Shown in pieces: positions 53,817-54,618 of a DNA stretch of 54,618 nt. How positions within the stretch are numbered: the first letter of the stretch is position 1; the number at the start of each line of letters is the position of its first letter. Both the position numbers and the translations under genes were made by a program. The notes under the pieces were generated by a model. It made no database searches, was not told where the DNA came from, and worked only from the letters and a program-made list of their open reading frames with translations. The DNA is from Deltaproteobacteria bacterium RIFOXYA12_FULL_61_11 (GTDB taxonomy: Bacteria > Bdellovibrionota_F > JAHFAK01 > YA12-FULL-61-11): positions 1 through 54,618 of the forward strand of contig MGSU01000066.1 in assembly GCA_001799195.1 (NCBI GenBank), read 5' to 3'.

Positions 53817-54618
53817 GCCTCGATCAGCTCGGCGACATAGGTGGGCAAGGCGAAGGAGCCGCGATGGAGCTCGGTGTTGTAATACCGCAACCCTTCTATG
53901 GAGCTGGGCTGCAGGACTTCGAGCGGGTCGTGCTGCTTGGAACAGAAAGCGAAGCTCCAGATCGCACCGGGGTAGGTCGGGATGTGCGCTAAGTACATGC
54001 GTACGATCGGGAAGACCTGCCGCAGGTTGCGATAGAGCTTGCGGATGGTGTCGTGGTGGTAATAGGGCGACTGGGTCTGAGCGACAAAGATGCCGTCGTC
54101 ATTGAGCCGATCGAATACGTTCAGGTGGAAGGGCTTTTGGAATACAACCTCAGCCGGTCCTACCGGATCGGAGACATCGGCCAGGACTAGGTCGTAGCGT
54201 TCGTTGGTTTCCGCCATGTAGACGGCCCCGTCCTGGAACACCAGTCTGGTCTTGGGAGAGTCGATGGCGCAAGCCACGGACGGGAAGTATTGCTTGCAGA
54301 TGCGACAGACTTCCCGATCGATCTCGACCAGGGTGGCCCGTTCGACCCGGTCGTGTTTCACCACCTCGCGCAGGGTCCCGCCGTCACCTCCGCCGACAAT
54401 GAGCACCTTTTTCGGCGCGGGGTGGACGTGCAAGGCGGGGTGGGCGAGCATTTCGTGGTAGACGAACTCGTCCTTCTCCGTGAGCATGACCGAACCGTAC
54501 ATGACCAGGACTTTTCCGAAAGCCGGCGTGTCGAAGACCTCGATGCGCTGGAAATCACTATGCCCGGAGTAGAGCACTTGGCCGACGCGGAAGGTCAAGC
54601 CGGAGCGGTTGCGGTCCA
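53813..54618 (-). CDS. speE: Spermidine synthase (N-terminus runs off the window)
   Basis: 'DEFVYHEMLAHPAL', 'VLIVGGGDGGTLREVVKH' and 'DLVLADVSDPVGPAE' are co-linear with E. coli SpeE. The reading frame stays open to position 54618. Confidence 0.9.
   Translation of the reverse strand, partial: DRNRSGLTFRVGQVLYSGHSDFQRIEVFDTPAFGKVLVMYGSVMLTEKDEFVYHEMLAHPALHVHPAPKKVLIVGGGDGGTLREVVKHDRVERATLVEIDREVCRICKQYFPSVACAIDSPKTRLVFQDGAVYMAETNERYDLVLADVSDPVGPAEVVFQKPFHLNVFDRLNDDGIFVAQTQSPYYHHDTIRKLYRNLRQVFPIVRMYLAHIPTYPGAIWSFAFCSKQHDPLEVLQPSSIEGLRYYNTELHRGSFALPTYVAELIEA

Noticed and set aside
1-54618. Search by eye for CRISPR repeats, IS/transposase or integrase genes, tRNA/rRNA genes, toxin-antitoxin pairs and known anti-phage defence genes.
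   Set aside because: I saw no regularly spaced direct repeats, no transposase/integrase/recombinase-like translations, no tRNA-like T-arm (GGTTCGAATCC-type) sequences in intergenic regions, and no nuclease, helicase or methylase defence signatures in any ORF. A computational scan (tRNAscan-SE, CRISPR finders, ISfinder, DefenseFinder) would be needed to be certain.

Overview
High-GC bacterial chromosomal segment with about 50 protein genes, many joined by 4-nt ATGA start/stop overlaps. I saw no rRNA, tRNA, CRISPR array, IS element or phage genes. (1) Positions ~1.2-19.1 kb hold a complete-looking Tad/Flp-type (type IVc pilus-like) locus. On the minus strand it reads flp, a Ca/Met-rich lipoprotein, a second Flp-like gene, three TadE/TadG-type pseudopilins, cpaB, the cpaC secretin, a CpaE-CpaF fusion ATPase and a tadB/C platform gene. 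Two FHA-TM-TPR proteins and a PP2C phosphatase follow in the same gene string. A second platform gene and an FHA-TM-sensor-HAMP-PAS protein are transcribed divergently. No prepilin peptidase and no Ser/Thr kinase lie in the window. This FHA/PP2C-wired Tad-like machine is the most interesting system here. It recalls the T6SS threonine-phosphorylation checkpoint and the Myxococcus Kil Tad-like apparatus. (2) Positions ~19.3-30.4 kb carry two small secreted paralogous proteins and an M20 peptidase-hypothetical-MOP flippase operon. The same region has three GT4 glycosyltransferases coupled to a predicted outer-membrane beta-barrel, birA, and a GNAT-NeuB (nonulosonic acid synthase) fusion. (3) A 440-bp ORF-free gap between convergent genes (30402-30840) contains a candidate ~185-nt rod-like sRNA with its own sigma70-like promoter. 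(4) The remainder is mostly housekeeping: dnaK-dnaJ, a DsbA-like lipoprotein, an IMPase, rubredoxin, SpoIID, a DUF255 thioredoxin protein, dapD, lepB, a TagA-like glycosyltransferase, an amidase, and a leucine-catabolism (liu-like) cluster whose MCC alpha subunit is split by an apparent frameshift. It ends with a geranylgeranyl-reductase-like flavoprotein, a 3D-domain lipoprotein with a MYXO-CTERM-like tail, and a partial speE. All calls come from reading motifs in the supplied translations and DNA. No database search was run.
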